Shown one piece after another: positions 49,959 through 61,168 of a DNA stretch of 64,000 bases. The notes under the pieces were generated by a model, which searched no databases, was not told the origin of the DNA, and worked only from the letters and a program-made list of their open reading frames with translations. Source of the DNA: Savitreella phatthalungensis. Taxonomy: Eukaryota. The stretch spans positions 124,001 to 188,000 of the forward strand of contig AP039715.1 in NCBI GenBank assembly GCA_051599415.1, in the 5' to 3' direction. A program made the translations under genes and the position numbers. The first letter of the stretch is position 1. The number at the start of each line of letters is the position of its first letter.

Positions 49959-51965
49959 ATGGCTTCGCTGCGGAAGAAGAAAACCAATGATGCATTGCCA
50001 CGGCGAATCTCTACATTCGATGGCATGCCAACAGCTCCACAAGTCGTCGTTGGATCGAAAGAGAAGAACAAGGTGCAAGACAAGATCAAGCGCAGGCTGT
50101 CCGTACGTATGGGTCTACCTACCGGTCAGCGACAGCAGCGTCCAGCTCTTCCGCCAGGCGCGCTCTCCAACCTTCAAACAACGCGCTTGAATGTCAAGCC
50201 GCCGCTGCAGAGCTCAGAGCGCAAAGCATCTGTGCCCTACATCGCTCCAATACGTCCGGTGTACGATCCAGTCGTCTTCAACGATCCAAATTTCGATGCA
50301 GAAAGCTACGTCAAGCGTATGCTCCAGACTGCCACTCCAACAGAGCTCGATGACTTCTTTCAGACACTCCAAGAACAACGAACGACAAATTCAGGAGCTC
50401 AGCAACGTGATACCTTCTCCAATCATCGCGAGTTCATCACAATCAGCAAGGAGGTCAGCACACTGGACACGGACGTCTCTGCCATCCGCAACATGCTTGG
50501 CGAGCTCCGTGGCGTAGCACAGCGCCTCGCCGTAGATACTGACCAGACTGATCTCGGAAGGCGGGATGATGGGCGAAGAGCTGGGCGAAACTCCATAGTC
50601 GACTTTCACCAGTTGAACAAGAACAATCTACAGTTGCTCTGGCAGCAGGTGGAAGGTTCGCGAAAGTTCCTGCCTGCAGAAGAAGGTCGAAGAGTGGTTC
50701 GAGAATCGGGCGCCTGGACCGAGCTCAACTCAGCAACCTGGCGTGTCAAGCAAAAGGTTCACGTCGTCTTGCTGAATGATCACATCCTTCTAGCGGCCCG
50801 CAGGCAGAAGCCGAACGGCTCTGGCCAGCGCTTGATAGCGCAACGGTGCTTCAGCTTGATGGATGTTCAGATCAGCGAGCTTCGGGACAAGGAGATGGAA
50901 GATGCCATCATGATTCACCTCATTTCCACGCGGGACAAGTTTGTTCTGCGCGCCGACACCCTGGAAGAAAAGAGAGTGATGTACCTTGCAATGCAGCGAG
51001 AACTCGCAGAGCTGGAGGCAGGCGTGAAGCGAGAATCGCAGCTCGACCTCGAAAGATCAACCGGCAGAGTTGCGCAGGACACATCTCGTCAAGGTCAGAT
51101 CAAGCGGCTATCTCGCCGACTATCGAAGCGGATAGACAAACCCACAACAACAACTGGTGTCAATGGTGAGCAGATTGATCTGACATGGATTCAAGAGCGC
51201 ATCGACGATCTGGACCAGAAGATTGCACACAGACAATACAGTGCCGCCGTCCGCTCGCTGCATCGAGGCCGCGCACTTGTCAAAGATGCGTCTGCGGACG
51301 ACCTTGCGGGTGCGCTAGTGGCTCTCCGCCTCGACGAGCGTGCCGATCACCTAGCAGCAAGACTAGCAGAAGAGCTGTCGCAAGAGGCGCTATCACGGCG
51401 AACACGAGTCATAACCGAGCTTGTCGGATGTCTCTCGTCGATTGACCGAAGTCAGCTTGCCCATGAGACTTTCTTCGCCGCACGCACGGAGCTCATTGTG
51501 AAAAGATTGGGAGGCATTCAGTTCGAGGGAGACGTGCTGCTTTACATTTCGGATGTCTCCCTTGTTCATTTCCACTTGATCAGACAGACCGCTGTTCTGT
51601 ACAACGAGACATTTGCTTCCAATCGTGAGCTCTCGATCGATCGTAAGCGCACTTCTTCCCCTTCACGAGCTTCATCGGAGCCAGATCGTCCAACGACAGT
51701 GGCTGTCGGCGCTGCTTTGATCGCGTGGGCACGGGATGAGGCAGACAAGTTTGCAGACGTTTTCTCAAGGCAGCTCTACGGTATGGCGACCCACGCCGAC
51801 CTCTACCAAGAAGCCCTTGCCGCAGTCTCTCGCAACATCTCGACTCTGCGCGACATTGGCATGGACCTTTCTTTCTGGCTGCAGCACAGACTCGCTCAGC
51901 GAGCGGACGCCTCTGCAAATGACGACATTGCCCAGGGTATGTCTCAGCTTACCGTCTCTGCATAG
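49959..51965 (+). CDS. EXO84: Exocyst subunit Exo84
   Basis: FDAESYV, NHREFITISKEVSTL, QVEGSRKF, PH domain WTELNSATW..VVLLNDHILLA, FEGDVLLYI. Confidence 0.9.
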   Translation: MASLRKKKTNDALPRRISTFDGMPTAPQVVVGSKEKNKVQDKIKRRLSVRMGLPTGQRQQRPALPPGALSNLQTTRLNVKPPLQSSERKASVPYIAPIRPVYDPVVFNDPNFDAESYVKRMLQTATPTELDDFFQTLQEQRTTNSGAQQRDTFSNHREFITISKEVSTLDTDVSAIRNMLGELRGVAQRLAVDTDQTDLGRRDDGRRAGRNSIVDFHQLNKNNLQLLWQQVEGSRKFLPAEEGRRVVRESGAWTELNSATWRVKQKVHVVLLNDHILLAARRQKPNGSGQRLIAQRCFSLMDVQISELRDKEMEDAIMIHLISTRDKFVLRADTLEEKRVMYLAMQRELAELEAGVKRESQLDLERSTGRVAQDTSRQGQIKRLSRRLSKRIDKPTTTTGVNGEQIDLTWIQERIDDLDQKIAHRQYSAAVRSLHRGRALVKDASADDLAGALVALRLDERADHLAARLAEELSQEALSRRTRVITELVGCLSSIDRSQLAHETFFAARTELIVKRLGGIQFEGDVLLYISDVSLVHFHLIRQTAVLYNETFASNRELSIDRKRTSSPSRASSEPDRPTTVAVGAALIAWARDEADKFADVFSRQLYGMATHADLYQEALAAVSRNISTLRDIGMDLSFWLQHRLAQRADASANDDIAQGMSQLTVSA

Positions 51966-52068
51966 AGCCAGTCAGCATGCTCCCGCCATGCACATATGAC
52001 AGCTAGCACTACTGTGGACCACATGAAATGACATGACACGTATGACTTGACTATGATACAGAACCTCT

Positions 52069-53157
52069 TTAGAAAATACTTGTCTTGATGTCGTATTCCT
52101 GACGCCAGACGGCCTCCTCCACAAGCTCTTCACCGATCGGACAAGCAGCATCACATGTGTAGATGTTGAGGAGTCCAAAGTCCAGCGAATATTTGTCGAG
52201 CGGGTCGACCTCTGGCAAGTAGTTGAGGAGCGTAGGCAAAATCTGGCACTCGAGTGAGCGCTTGCCTTTGCACCGCGGGCATGTAGGGACATCAGAGCTC
52301 GGCAATTTGCCAGCAGAAGATATCCACAGGGCACCACGCGCTTCATCAGCGTCCATCATCCCCGTAATCCCTTCAATCAGCTCCGACTCTCCATCATCGT
52401 CGTCTGACCATTCGTCTTCGTCTTCGTTATTGATCGTGCCGTTTGCCTTCTGCGCGGCCTTTACCCTGCCAGCTGCACCGTCCGCTCGACTGACTGTCTG
52501 AGGTAGTGCGGCGGTCTGTGCCGGTGGCGCGGGTGGCGGAATCGTTCGTGCTCGCTTCGATGGCCGCTCTTCAACGCGCAGGTACCGAAGAACTTGCTCC
52601 GGCGCGCGTGCCAGGCGCCGTTCAAACCGATAGAATTGCGCATCGCCACCGACTTTCTGGTATGTCTCTGTTCCGTCGTTCTCCGCCATCAGCGGCGCAA
52701 ACTCCTGGCTGCTACTCGGCTTCTTCGATTTTCCATCTGCAGGCTCGGCAGGTTCGACCTCACTAACAATCTCCTGCGGCGCAAAGCTCTTCGACGCACC
52801 TTCGCCAACAAAATCGTGCTGCTCGACGGCTTTCTTCGACGTCGCCTTGTCTGCCTGAGCCCGGAAGACTTTGAGTGATGGCGACCAGCCAGCCGTCGCA
52901 CATCTGTTATCGGTGCAGGTGAGGACGTAGATGACGCGAGCATAGGCGTCCGGCCGATCCGTGCCTTCCGGCGCAGACAGCTGCAATAACAAAGCTAGCG
53001 GTCGCTGACACTTCCCGCACCTCGGCGGCGTTCCCCACGACCGCCCGGCGAACGCACATACGGGCCCGCCAACTCGAGATGTGAAAATGTCCGCAATGAC
53101 CTCCTGACGGTCACTGTCGCTCTCAAGCGGCTCGACATAGCCCAGAACAGGTGCCAT
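52069..53157 (-). CDS. TSR4: PDCD2/Tsr4-family uS5 chaperone
   Basis: VLGY, SRVGG, CGKC..LLLQL, PEQVLRY, CPRC..ECQILPTLL, LDFGLLNIYTC, EEAVWRQ. Confidence 0.8.
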   Translation of the reverse strand: MAPVLGYVEPLESDSDRQEVIADIFTSRVGGPVCAFAGRSWGTPPRCGKCQRPLALLLQLSAPEGTDRPDAYARVIYVLTCTDNRCATAGWSPSLKVFRAQADKATSKKAVEQHDFVGEGASKSFAPQEIVSEVEPAEPADGKSKKPSSSQEFAPLMAENDGTETYQKVGGDAQFYRFERRLARAPEQVLRYLRVEERPSKRARTIPPPAPPAQTAALPQTVSRADGAAGRVKAAQKANGTINNEDEDEWSDDDDGESELIEGITGMMDADEARGALWISSAGKLPSSDVPTCPRCKGKRSLECQILPTLLNYLPEVDPLDKYSLDFGLLNIYTCDAACPIGEELVEEAVWRQEYDIKTSIF

Positions 53158-53227
53158 GATGCAGATGGTCTTGGAATGTGTTCTCAGTATGGGATGCTGT
53201 TCAGCGCGTCGGTGACAGGCTTTTGGT

Positions 53228-53241
53228 GCCTGACGTCAGGC
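53228..53241. promoter_or_regulatory. Perfect 14-bp palindrome containing CRE (GCCTGACGTCAGGC) in a 171-bp divergent promoter
   Basis: Read directly; lies between the TSR4-like and EIF1AD-like start codons. Confidence 0.5.
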
Positions 53242-53328
53242 TATCCTCACATGTTCGAGATGCATTACTAGCATAATTAATTCGACCATCTTCAGTACTG
53301 AACAATATACTGTTCAACGCGCCAGAGG

Positions 53329-53817
53329 ATGGGCAAGCGCCGTGATCAGGAGAGCCTCTTGGTAGACCCACCAGACGCTCTGCCTGATATTCACGTCATC
53401 TGCAAGGTCGTTCAGCTATGTGGCAACAACCTATACTCCGTATCAATGCCGCCATCACAGCCACAGTCCGAGGAACTTCCGGCCAGCACCGACGAGAGGA
53501 CTGTCCTCGTGGAGCTGCCACCACGCTTTCGCAACACGCTGTGGATTCGACGTGGGGGTTTTGTTGTCGTCGATCTTGGCGCCCTCAATGACGCCCGGGA
53601 GAACAAGCTTGCCGGAAGTATCTCTGCCGTAATTCATGATGAGCGACCCTGGCGCAAGATGCCGTACTGGCCTTGGCCGGCCTCTGCAGCCGCTCAGAAG
53701 AACAGTACAATAAGTCAGCGGGAGACATTCGTAGCTGGGCCAAACGAAGATTCAGACGAAGACGATCTACTTCAAGCAAATCCGAACCGGCGACAGTACG
53801 ACTCAGAGAGCGATTGA
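53329..53817 (+). CDS. EIF1AD: eIF1A-domain (OB-fold) protein EIF1AD
   Basis: GNNLYSV, LVELPPRFRNTLWIRRGGFVVV, WP motif, NPNR acidic tail. Confidence 0.85.
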   Translation: MGKRRDQESLLVDPPDALPDIHVICKVVQLCGNNLYSVSMPPSQPQSEELPASTDERTVLVELPPRFRNTLWIRRGGFVVVDLGALNDARENKLAGSISAVIHDERPWRKMPYWPWPASAAAQKNSTISQRETFVAGPNEDSDEDDLLQANPNRRQYDSESD

Positions 53818-53876
53818 ACGGCAAGCATGCCGTCTCACAGTATACGAAGTGAAGTGTGAGGTCATCATTATGGTCA

Positions 53877-55322
53877 TTATGCTAGTGATGGTCGATTGGA
53901 AGGACGGACACTGAAATCGAGCGTGCCGCCAAACTCGCTCATGTCGTCGCCGTCGATATCGTCAAAGTCAAAGTCATCATACCCGTCGTCAGAGTCGAGG
54001 TCTGCTGCAGTAGCGATGCGAGTGGCCATCCGAGGCTCAAATCGCGTTCCTAGCCCGTATGGGACGAAGGACGGCCTTCCCCCGGCTGGTCCAGACAAGA
54101 TCTCTACCACCTGTTTGGTTTCAAGCTCATGCTTGCCAGGCCAAGATTCGTCGATGGTCTTGGACGGCCATTGGAGTGGTCGAGTTGTACTGGATGAGTT
54201 CGTGAGGGTTGACGAGATTGGTGAGGCTGCCGAATCGCTATCGGAATGCGTACGTGTGGTGAGCAAGGCCGGCAGACTATGGGTTGGCGCCGTCTTTGCC
54301 GTTGCTTCTGTGCTTGTCTCTACGTTACGCTGCCTCTTGTTCGCTTTCAGACTGCTTGCGCCTGCACGTGAAGTCATCAGAAAGTGAAGAACCAGACAGG
54401 TGACCAACAAATCGGTTGCGCAGCAGAGTTGTGCTACCCAGAGAGGTTCCTTGCCATCGAATACCGCAAGCTGGACGCCATTGAACAAGGTGAAGAGGGA
54501 CGAGAGGGCGCATGCAAGAATCGTCCTCTTTGCCAATCGCTTCATCCGCCTTTGCGTCGCCAACTCTGCGTCCGTGGGAGCCGGAACAGACTTTGGTTGT
54601 TCTGCTTGCTGTTCATCCTGACGCAGTACTGCAGCCTTCAAGGCACGAAGCTTGGCTGATAAACTCATCCAGGGTGTGAGAAATTGCAGCGTGAGCGAGA
54701 AATTGACCAGCATGTCGAGGGCGAAGAAGGAGATGATCAAGGGGAGCCCGACTTGCACCTTGCAAGTACCGTCCTCAAATGCCCTGTGGTTCTGCAGATT
54801 CACCAGGACGTACAGCGGGACCATCGGCAAAATGACGATGAGGTTGAGGAGGTAGATTGGATCTCGCAGTCTGCTTGGTCGTCTGCGGACGATAAAGCCA
54901 CGCTCGATCAGGAAGAGGAAGACGGTGACGCGAGTAATGCCCCAGACATTGACATCCATCCCCATTGCCACGCGGCACAGTGAGTCGCTCGCAAATGGTT
55001 GGAGGTGTTGCAGGAGAAGAAGCCCGCCGATAGAGATTTTGCTCAATACAAGCACGAGCCAGAGTAGCCAGGTCGTTGTGCTGATCATCTTGCATCGCTT
55101 GAAAATGCTGATATGACGCGTCTCCTTGGCGAACAGTGGAGACCGTACAAGGCGTTGTGAGAGCATGCCGACTACCAGGCACTCTGCAATCAGGTAGTAA
55201 ATGCTAGTGACAGTATAGAGAGGCGTGAACCACTTGACCGGGTGGTTGTTGCCGTTCCATAGACGAACATCGCTCGTTGCAGCCATGGCCTCGCGAACGG
55301 TCCCTTTTGCAATCCCATTCAT
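53877..55322 (-). CDS. Multi-pass (probably 7TM, GPCR-like) fungal membrane protein
   Basis: Seven hydrophobic segments, FLIER after TM3, extracellular Cys (DSLC, DGTC), long third loop and Ser/Thr/acidic tail. Confidence 0.7.
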   Translation of the reverse strand: MNGIAKGTVREAMAATSDVRLWNGNNHPVKWFTPLYTVTSIYYLIAECLVVGMLSQRLVRSPLFAKETRHISIFKRCKMISTTTWLLWLVLVLSKISIGGLLLLQHLQPFASDSLCRVAMGMDVNVWGITRVTVFLFLIERGFIVRRRPSRLRDPIYLLNLIVILPMVPLYVLVNLQNHRAFEDGTCKVQVGLPLIISFFALDMLVNFSLTLQFLTPWMSLSAKLRALKAAVLRQDEQQAEQPKSVPAPTDAELATQRRMKRLAKRTILACALSSLFTLFNGVQLAVFDGKEPLWVAQLCCATDLLVTCLVLHFLMTSRAGASSLKANKRQRNVETSTEATAKTAPTHSLPALLTTRTHSDSDSAASPISSTLTNSSSTTRPLQWPSKTIDESWPGKHELETKQVVEILSGPAGGRPSFVPYGLGTRFEPRMATRIATAADLDSDDGYDDFDFDDIDGDDMSEFGGTLDFSVRPSNRPSLA

Positions 55323-56759
55323 TGTCCGTGGTCGTGCCTTTATACCCCGCCAGTCGAGGTCCGTGCAAGGCCTTTCGCCGCGATCGCCACTGTTGTGCAC
55401 GGACCTTGCAGATCGTCAAGTGAGAGGGTCCGTGCGCAGGCACTCATCTTCTTCTTATTGTAGCCTGTCGTACGCATTATCGGTCAATTTCATAGGTTAC
55501 CGCCCCACGGGCTCGACCTTCTCGCTACACCTTGTCTTGGACCTGTGCTCTCCTTCTCTGTATCTAGGTCCATGGCCAGGCACTCGGGCGAGGAACGATG
55601 TCTCAGACACAGATCTTGCCAACTATAGCCCCACCCCGCTAACCAATCGGCCAAAGACCCTTTTGACCAGTCAACCATTGTGCTTCATTCAGCCGCGGAA
55701 GCATAGACTAGCTCAGTCAAATTTCGAATGTGGTTTGACGACGTGGCTGTCATAAAATTGCGACGTTCTATCCTGATCGAGAAATGACCTCGAGCATCTC
55801 CGTTCGACCAGCACCTCAATGCCATTGTTTGTCTTGTCTCATTCCAGATAGACCGGTATACTCGGAATTTGTTTTTCGTAAGTTCATATGGGGCTTGTGG
55901 GATTCAAGTATACCTGGAGCTGACATCCTAGGAAAGTCGCAGGTTCTGGCTCGCTCCTGTCAAATTAGACCGAGAGTAAGTTTTCGCGTCAAAGTCTCCG
56001 CTCCGAGCAGTACATTGAGTTTCAGCGCTTCGATCTAGACATCCCCCAGAATACCGACCTCGCTTGATGTTATTGGCTCATGGGCCGTCCACCCGTTGTT
56101 GTGGATCGAGACTTTCAGAGCTGTCTCATCGTTCAACAAGTCTGAAGAAGTTTCATTCGGGCTCGGTTTTGCTTAATAGCTCGATTCACTCGATTGACGA
56201 TTCACGTCAGGTCAACCTAGCCCAGCCAACAGCGGACGCAAGGCCAAATCCGGAGTGAACCCACTGGTGGTATGAAGACACGCGACCATTGTAGGTGGCA
56301 GCCATCTACGAAGCACAGACCTCAATAAGCCGTGCACTGAAATTGGAATGTGTGTCTCCGATAGCCATGGCACAGACATGGATTTTGTCCGAGTTTGCCC
56401 TGCCATTCCACCCGTGATCGTGACAATGCCAATACTCGTGCCCATCGATCTGTCTACTGTTGTCGTGGCCCTCCTCTTCCCATACATTCCCCCACACGGT
56501 CTCAGAATGTGAGCTAGCGTATCACTCGTGTCCAGTCAACCGGCACGTTCCAAGGAAATGGATCATCTGCAGGAAGCAGTGTCAATTACCCCTTCGAGTC
56601 TTTCCAGCCATGGATAGTCGTTGAATCTTACAGTGTCGTGTGTGTGTCGGGGCAGTAGGAAGAAAACATTGCTCACGGGCATGTTCTCTTCCGGTCATTG
56701 AGCGCACTGTCAGTCGTGAGTTCTTCTGGGATCTCAAAAGGGCAAGTCCTGCTCAAACC

Positions 56760-57329
56760 TCACAAGCCACCCTTGCGAAACTTATGCGGGATGTTCTCAA
56801 GCGGATCCTGGTGACTGCCGCCGTGATACTGCTCATCGTGCTTCTTGAAATGAGCGATATCTTCGGGATGATTCCATTTCGATTCATCTTGGTCGTTCGG
56901 GTCAGAGTGGAAGATCTCGACATGATGAATATCAAACTCGGTTTCCTCATCCTCGTGATGGCCAGCATACCCAAAGTCAGGCAGCATGCCTCCCAATGAC
57001 TTGAAAGCCACAAATTCATCACGTGTGATACGGTCATCTCCATCGCGATCCATCATGCGGAGAATCGTGTCCTCAATCTCGCGGACTTTCTCCATCGGCA
57101 CGTCGTTGTCCTGCTCTTTACCTCCCTTTGCGCCGTACAACGAGCTGATGTCCTCGCGCGTCCACACACCGGATCTATCAAGATCGTGGATGCGGAAGAA
57201 TGCGTCATTGTCGAAACTCTGCAGATGATGCTCGTTCCGCATGTGACGAGCTTCCCAGCTAGATGAATCCTCCTGAGCCGAGACTGCTAGCAGTGACATC
57301 CACAGCAGTGCCAATATACCCGCGAGCAT
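56760..57329 (-). CDS. SSP120: Secreted EF-hand protein, Ssp120/MCFD2-like
   Basis: Signal peptide, WEARHMRNEHH, two EF hands, LPDFGYAGHH, HPEDIAHFKKH, NIPHKF. Confidence 0.88.
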   Translation of the reverse strand: MLAGILALLWMSLLAVSAQEDSSSWEARHMRNEHHLQSFDNDAFFRIHDLDRSGVWTREDISSLYGAKGGKEQDNDVPMEKVREIEDTILRMMDRDGDDRITRDEFVAFKSLGGMLPDFGYAGHHEDEETEFDIHHVEIFHSDPNDQDESKWNHPEDIAHFKKHDEQYHGGSHQDPLENIPHKFRKGGL

Positions 57330-57748
57330 GACCGTGATTGTGTTGAGTTGTGAATAGGTCCCCACGCTTAGAACTCGTCGAAGGGTTGTGTGTCAATGAA
57401 GTCGAAAAGACGCGTACGTTCAGCTGACCGCTTTAGCTCTATGTTGAACTGGTTGTCTCAATCGATTGAACGCTGTGCAGGCTGTTGTTCGATCACCGTA
57501 CCTATTACGCGCTTCAGACCGTTTCAACTAAGATCGCGCCTGAACATGGATGAGATGCACGAATTGATGCAAACCCGTGTAAACTATTCAGTACGTGTAT
57601 CTGTGACGTACGATGTCAAGGGGGATCACCTCAGATATCAACAACACAAAGAACTACCCACAACCACACAAGCCACTAGATGTATCAAGAAACTTGTAGC
57701 TAGGCAGCAGCAAGTCTCAGAGCAGTTGGTGCGGACGCTGTTGAGGGA

Positions 57749-60175
57749 ATGCAGAGTCCTCATACAGACTGGCGCGAGCGCGACTCTGACGCGCAAAGCC
57801 TACTCAGTCGCCATGCCCTCACTGAGGATTCCCGTCTGCCACTCTTCATGGATTCTTCCGGAGAGCGCGATATCACTGGCGCACTCCATCTTGTGACTGA
57901 TGAATCCATGCAACGTCTGATTGATACGCAAGGCGCTGTACGGTTGCTCAGACAATTCGCAGAGGATCTTGCTCGGAGAGATGTCGAGATCAGTGAGCTC
58001 AGGAGGCACACAGAAAAGCGCGAGCGCGTTTTGAAAGCGATGTTGCTTGAAGCTGGTGTCGGACGACCCGAAGTCGAGCGCAGGCTGCTCGGCATCGCAG
58101 ACGAGAGCGATCGGGATCAGACTGAGCGGATACGTCACGAGACGCTCGATGACAGCCTACAGCAAGCCATTCAAGACACATGTCCAGAACCGCGAGCCAT
58201 GAGCGAACCAAGGACGACCACAAGCACGCTTCAGCGCAAGTCGTCACTGGCAAAATGGTCGATGGGTCTATTCGGCGGTCGCGCTCGACGGAGCGCTCCA
58301 GTGACGCGACCACAATCGATGCGCAAGGCGAGCACGCAGTCAGCCAAGGGTGTCGCGGTAGCACAACGAATAGTGACTGGTCAGCGTGGCTATGATTACT
58401 CAAAGGACATGCCAGGAGAACTTGAGGGAAAGCTCAAATTGGAATTGTACCCTCGCAGAAGGCCGCCACCCCACTTTCTCGCGCTTGTACGAAGCAGGGA
58501 GATCCCTGATGCCGATCTACGTACACTGTGGGCAAAGAAACGAATCGCCTCGATGGCAGAAGATTTAATCACGAGTGGGATTGTATGCCTCGAAGAACCG
58601 CGAAAAGAGGTAAATGAGGATCCCCAATTGGCTTACCCTGAACCATCACGACAACCGGCACGAGACTCGCGTGGCTGGTCCTTGCGCGAGACAGCGCAAA
58701 GTGTGCTGCCGAGCGCGATCGTCATGTCTGACGAATCGGAAGATGACGGTCCGGTTGAGATGAACACATTTGTGCCGGAGATCGAGCGACCGCCAACCAT
58801 GTTCCCGGCTTGGAACAGCAACGGAGCGCTCCGAACGCATCAGGTGCTGACAGACAGATTTGGCTTCAAATTGTCAGACGTCAGACAGCGTCAGAGGGAG
58901 CTTTCTGGCATGTTCCCTCCTCGTGAACATTCGTCCGCAAGCGAGGACGACACATCCGCGACACGCACTGCCACGCCAGCATCTCCACCACTATCGATTG
59001 ACAACGGCAAGAGGGCCCTACCACTCGCAAGCGTCGCGAATGTACGACCGCTTACGCCGGAGACGTCATTTGGGCAGACGTCAGCCACGTTTGATCACGA
59101 TGAAGGCTCTCAAGCGCGTTTGCTCATGCTTTCCCAACTGGATCTGTACGGATCAGACAAGGCGAAAAGTGAGGCATGGGATACATTCCTGCGAAAGTGT
59201 CGAAAGGATCGACGGCGTGAGTCCAGGATCGCTGCCAACATCGACGACCAGCTGATTGGCCTAGCTGGACTTGCCAACAGTAAACATGGACGTGAACGTC
59301 GGCGAGAGCTCTCTCGACTTGTGCTGAACGGCATCCCGATCGCGTACAGGCCGCAGATCTGGGGTGAGTGCACGGGTGCATACCTCCTGAAAGAGCCGTC
59401 ATACTACGAGGACCTGCTTCGACACGGGCAGGATTTGGACCCTGTGTGCGTGCAGCAGATCGACATGGATGTGCATCGGACGATGCCGAGTAACGTATTT
59501 TTCGCCGGCACGGGCCCCGGCACAATCAAACTCCGACGGGTGCTGCTAGCGCTATCAAGGCACAATCGAGAGATCGGATACTGTCAGGGGATCAACAATT
59601 TGGCTGCGACGCTGCTCTTGACACATCCGACAGAGGAGGATGCCTTCTTCGTGCTCGTCAGCATCGTCGAGAAGATCCTGCCCGAACGATACTTCACGCC
59701 GGACCTGCTGACTTCACGAGCTGATCAACAGATCCTTGCAAGTCTGGTACGTCAGGTCCTGCCTCGGCTGTTCACCCACCTTGATGAGGTCGTCGGTGTG
59801 GAACTCCAGGCTGTGACTTTTGGCTGGTTCTTGAGCGTGTTTACGGAATGCCTGCCTGCGGAGCACCTGTTTCGGTGCTGGGACGTGCTCTTCCTGGAAG
59901 GTCACGCGTACCTGATGGCGATCGCCCTCGCCATCCTGAAGACGGAAGAACGTGGACTCCTGGCACTCGAAAGCCCAGCGCAGGTCTACACCGCCCTGAA
60001 GGAACTCGCACGTGTGCGTGAGCTTCACGTCGACGAATTCATCTCCACCACAGCACACATGCACCACCTCCTCACCAGATCACACAAGGTCAACCTGGAG
60101 CAGCGTCAAGCTGATATCGTCAAGGAGCTGCTCGACCCTGGACCATCGTCCTTGTCGGCTGGCAACATGAAATGA
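57749..60175 (+). CDS. TBC-domain Rab GTPase-activating protein
   Basis: GIPIAYRPQIW, QIDMDVHRT (R finger), GYCQGINNL (Q finger), WFLSVF, RCWDVLF. Confidence 0.92.
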   Translation: MQSPHTDWRERDSDAQSLLSRHALTEDSRLPLFMDSSGERDITGALHLVTDESMQRLIDTQGAVRLLRQFAEDLARRDVEISELRRHTEKRERVLKAMLLEAGVGRPEVERRLLGIADESDRDQTERIRHETLDDSLQQAIQDTCPEPRAMSEPRTTTSTLQRKSSLAKWSMGLFGGRARRSAPVTRPQSMRKASTQSAKGVAVAQRIVTGQRGYDYSKDMPGELEGKLKLELYPRRRPPPHFLALVRSREIPDADLRTLWAKKRIASMAEDLITSGIVCLEEPRKEVNEDPQLAYPEPSRQPARDSRGWSLRETAQSVLPSAIVMSDESEDDGPVEMNTFVPEIERPPTMFPAWNSNGALRTHQVLTDRFGFKLSDVRQRQRELSGMFPPREHSSASEDDTSATRTATPASPPLSIDNGKRALPLASVANVRPLTPETSFGQTSATFDHDEGSQARLLMLSQLDLYGSDKAKSEAWDTFLRKCRKDRRRESRIAANIDDQLIGLAGLANSKHGRERRRELSRLVLNGIPIAYRPQIWGECTGAYLLKEPSYYEDLLRHGQDLDPVCVQQIDMDVHRTMPSNVFFAGTGPGTIKLRRVLLALSRHNREIGYCQGINNLAATLLLTHPTEEDAFFVLVSIVEKILPERYFTPDLLTSRADQQILASLVRQVLPRLFTHLDEVVGVELQAVTFGWFLSVFTECLPAEHLFRCWDVLFLEGHAYLMAIALAILKTEERGLLALESPAQVYTALKELARVRELHVDEFISTTAHMHHLLTRSHKVNLEQRQADIVKELLDPGPSSLSAGNMK

Positions 60176-61168
60176 GGAAGCAATTGAGGGAATACACCTC
60201 CTCTATTCAGTGATCAAGGAAATCTCGAGTATAGAGAAGACTAGATGTGGAAGTGTAAATTTCCACTCGAAAGTTTAACGAAATGAATGATGGTATCAAA
60301 GACTTTGAAGAGGACGAACGAGGAGGAATGAAGAGTACTGAGAAGGCTTTCAATGGAGGATCTAATGTCGAGACGAGTCAAAGTAGCAGTTGCGTTGATC
60401 GAATGTCATGTATCGTATACGTGCTTTCCGACGATGTGGACTCTACATGTGGGAATATTGATTGTCACAGTAGGTGATAAGTGCTATTGATATGAGATGA
60501 CGGTTTGACTCGATTGAACAGTCTTGCTGCTGTTTGGGTTGCCGTGTGTTTATAGGGTTTCAGAAGAGTGGCGAGTTGAGCGTATGCGATTTGGAAATGG
60601 TTTTGTATCTTCGATCATCATTTAAACTAAATTTAGTACTTGAGAAGCTGCTGCCCGTGTATACGTACGTACATACGGGATTCACCGCTCGGAAGTAGAG
60701 TCGTAATCCCCGACGGCTGGGCTTGGCGTTTGAGCATTCCGTGGCTCCACACCTGTTTTTGGCAATATTGTAGGTGGGATTAGAAACTGATCAATAATAC
60801 TGAGTTCAAGATCGTCAAACAGTCAATCTGATTCAGATCAGATATCTCCTGAGATACCCGAACATGAATTATAGTATCCCGTGTCCGTGCATTGATATGT
60901 CCAAACGTCCTCCTTTCCTCCCTTGTACTCCCGCCTATTCATTCTGTCTCACCAGAATGCATTGCCATGGCTTGCAAGTTTATACGATTCGAACGAAGCT
61001 TTGGATCATGCCTTCAATTATCTGAGATCGATAAAAGTTATAAATTGTACTAAACAAAAGAACAGGAAGAATGATTAGACTTTAAAACTTGAGATCTGGA
61101 CTGACCTACGCATGCATTTTATTAGACTAAAGTGTATGTATGCATATACGTGTGATCAGCCAGTGAGC

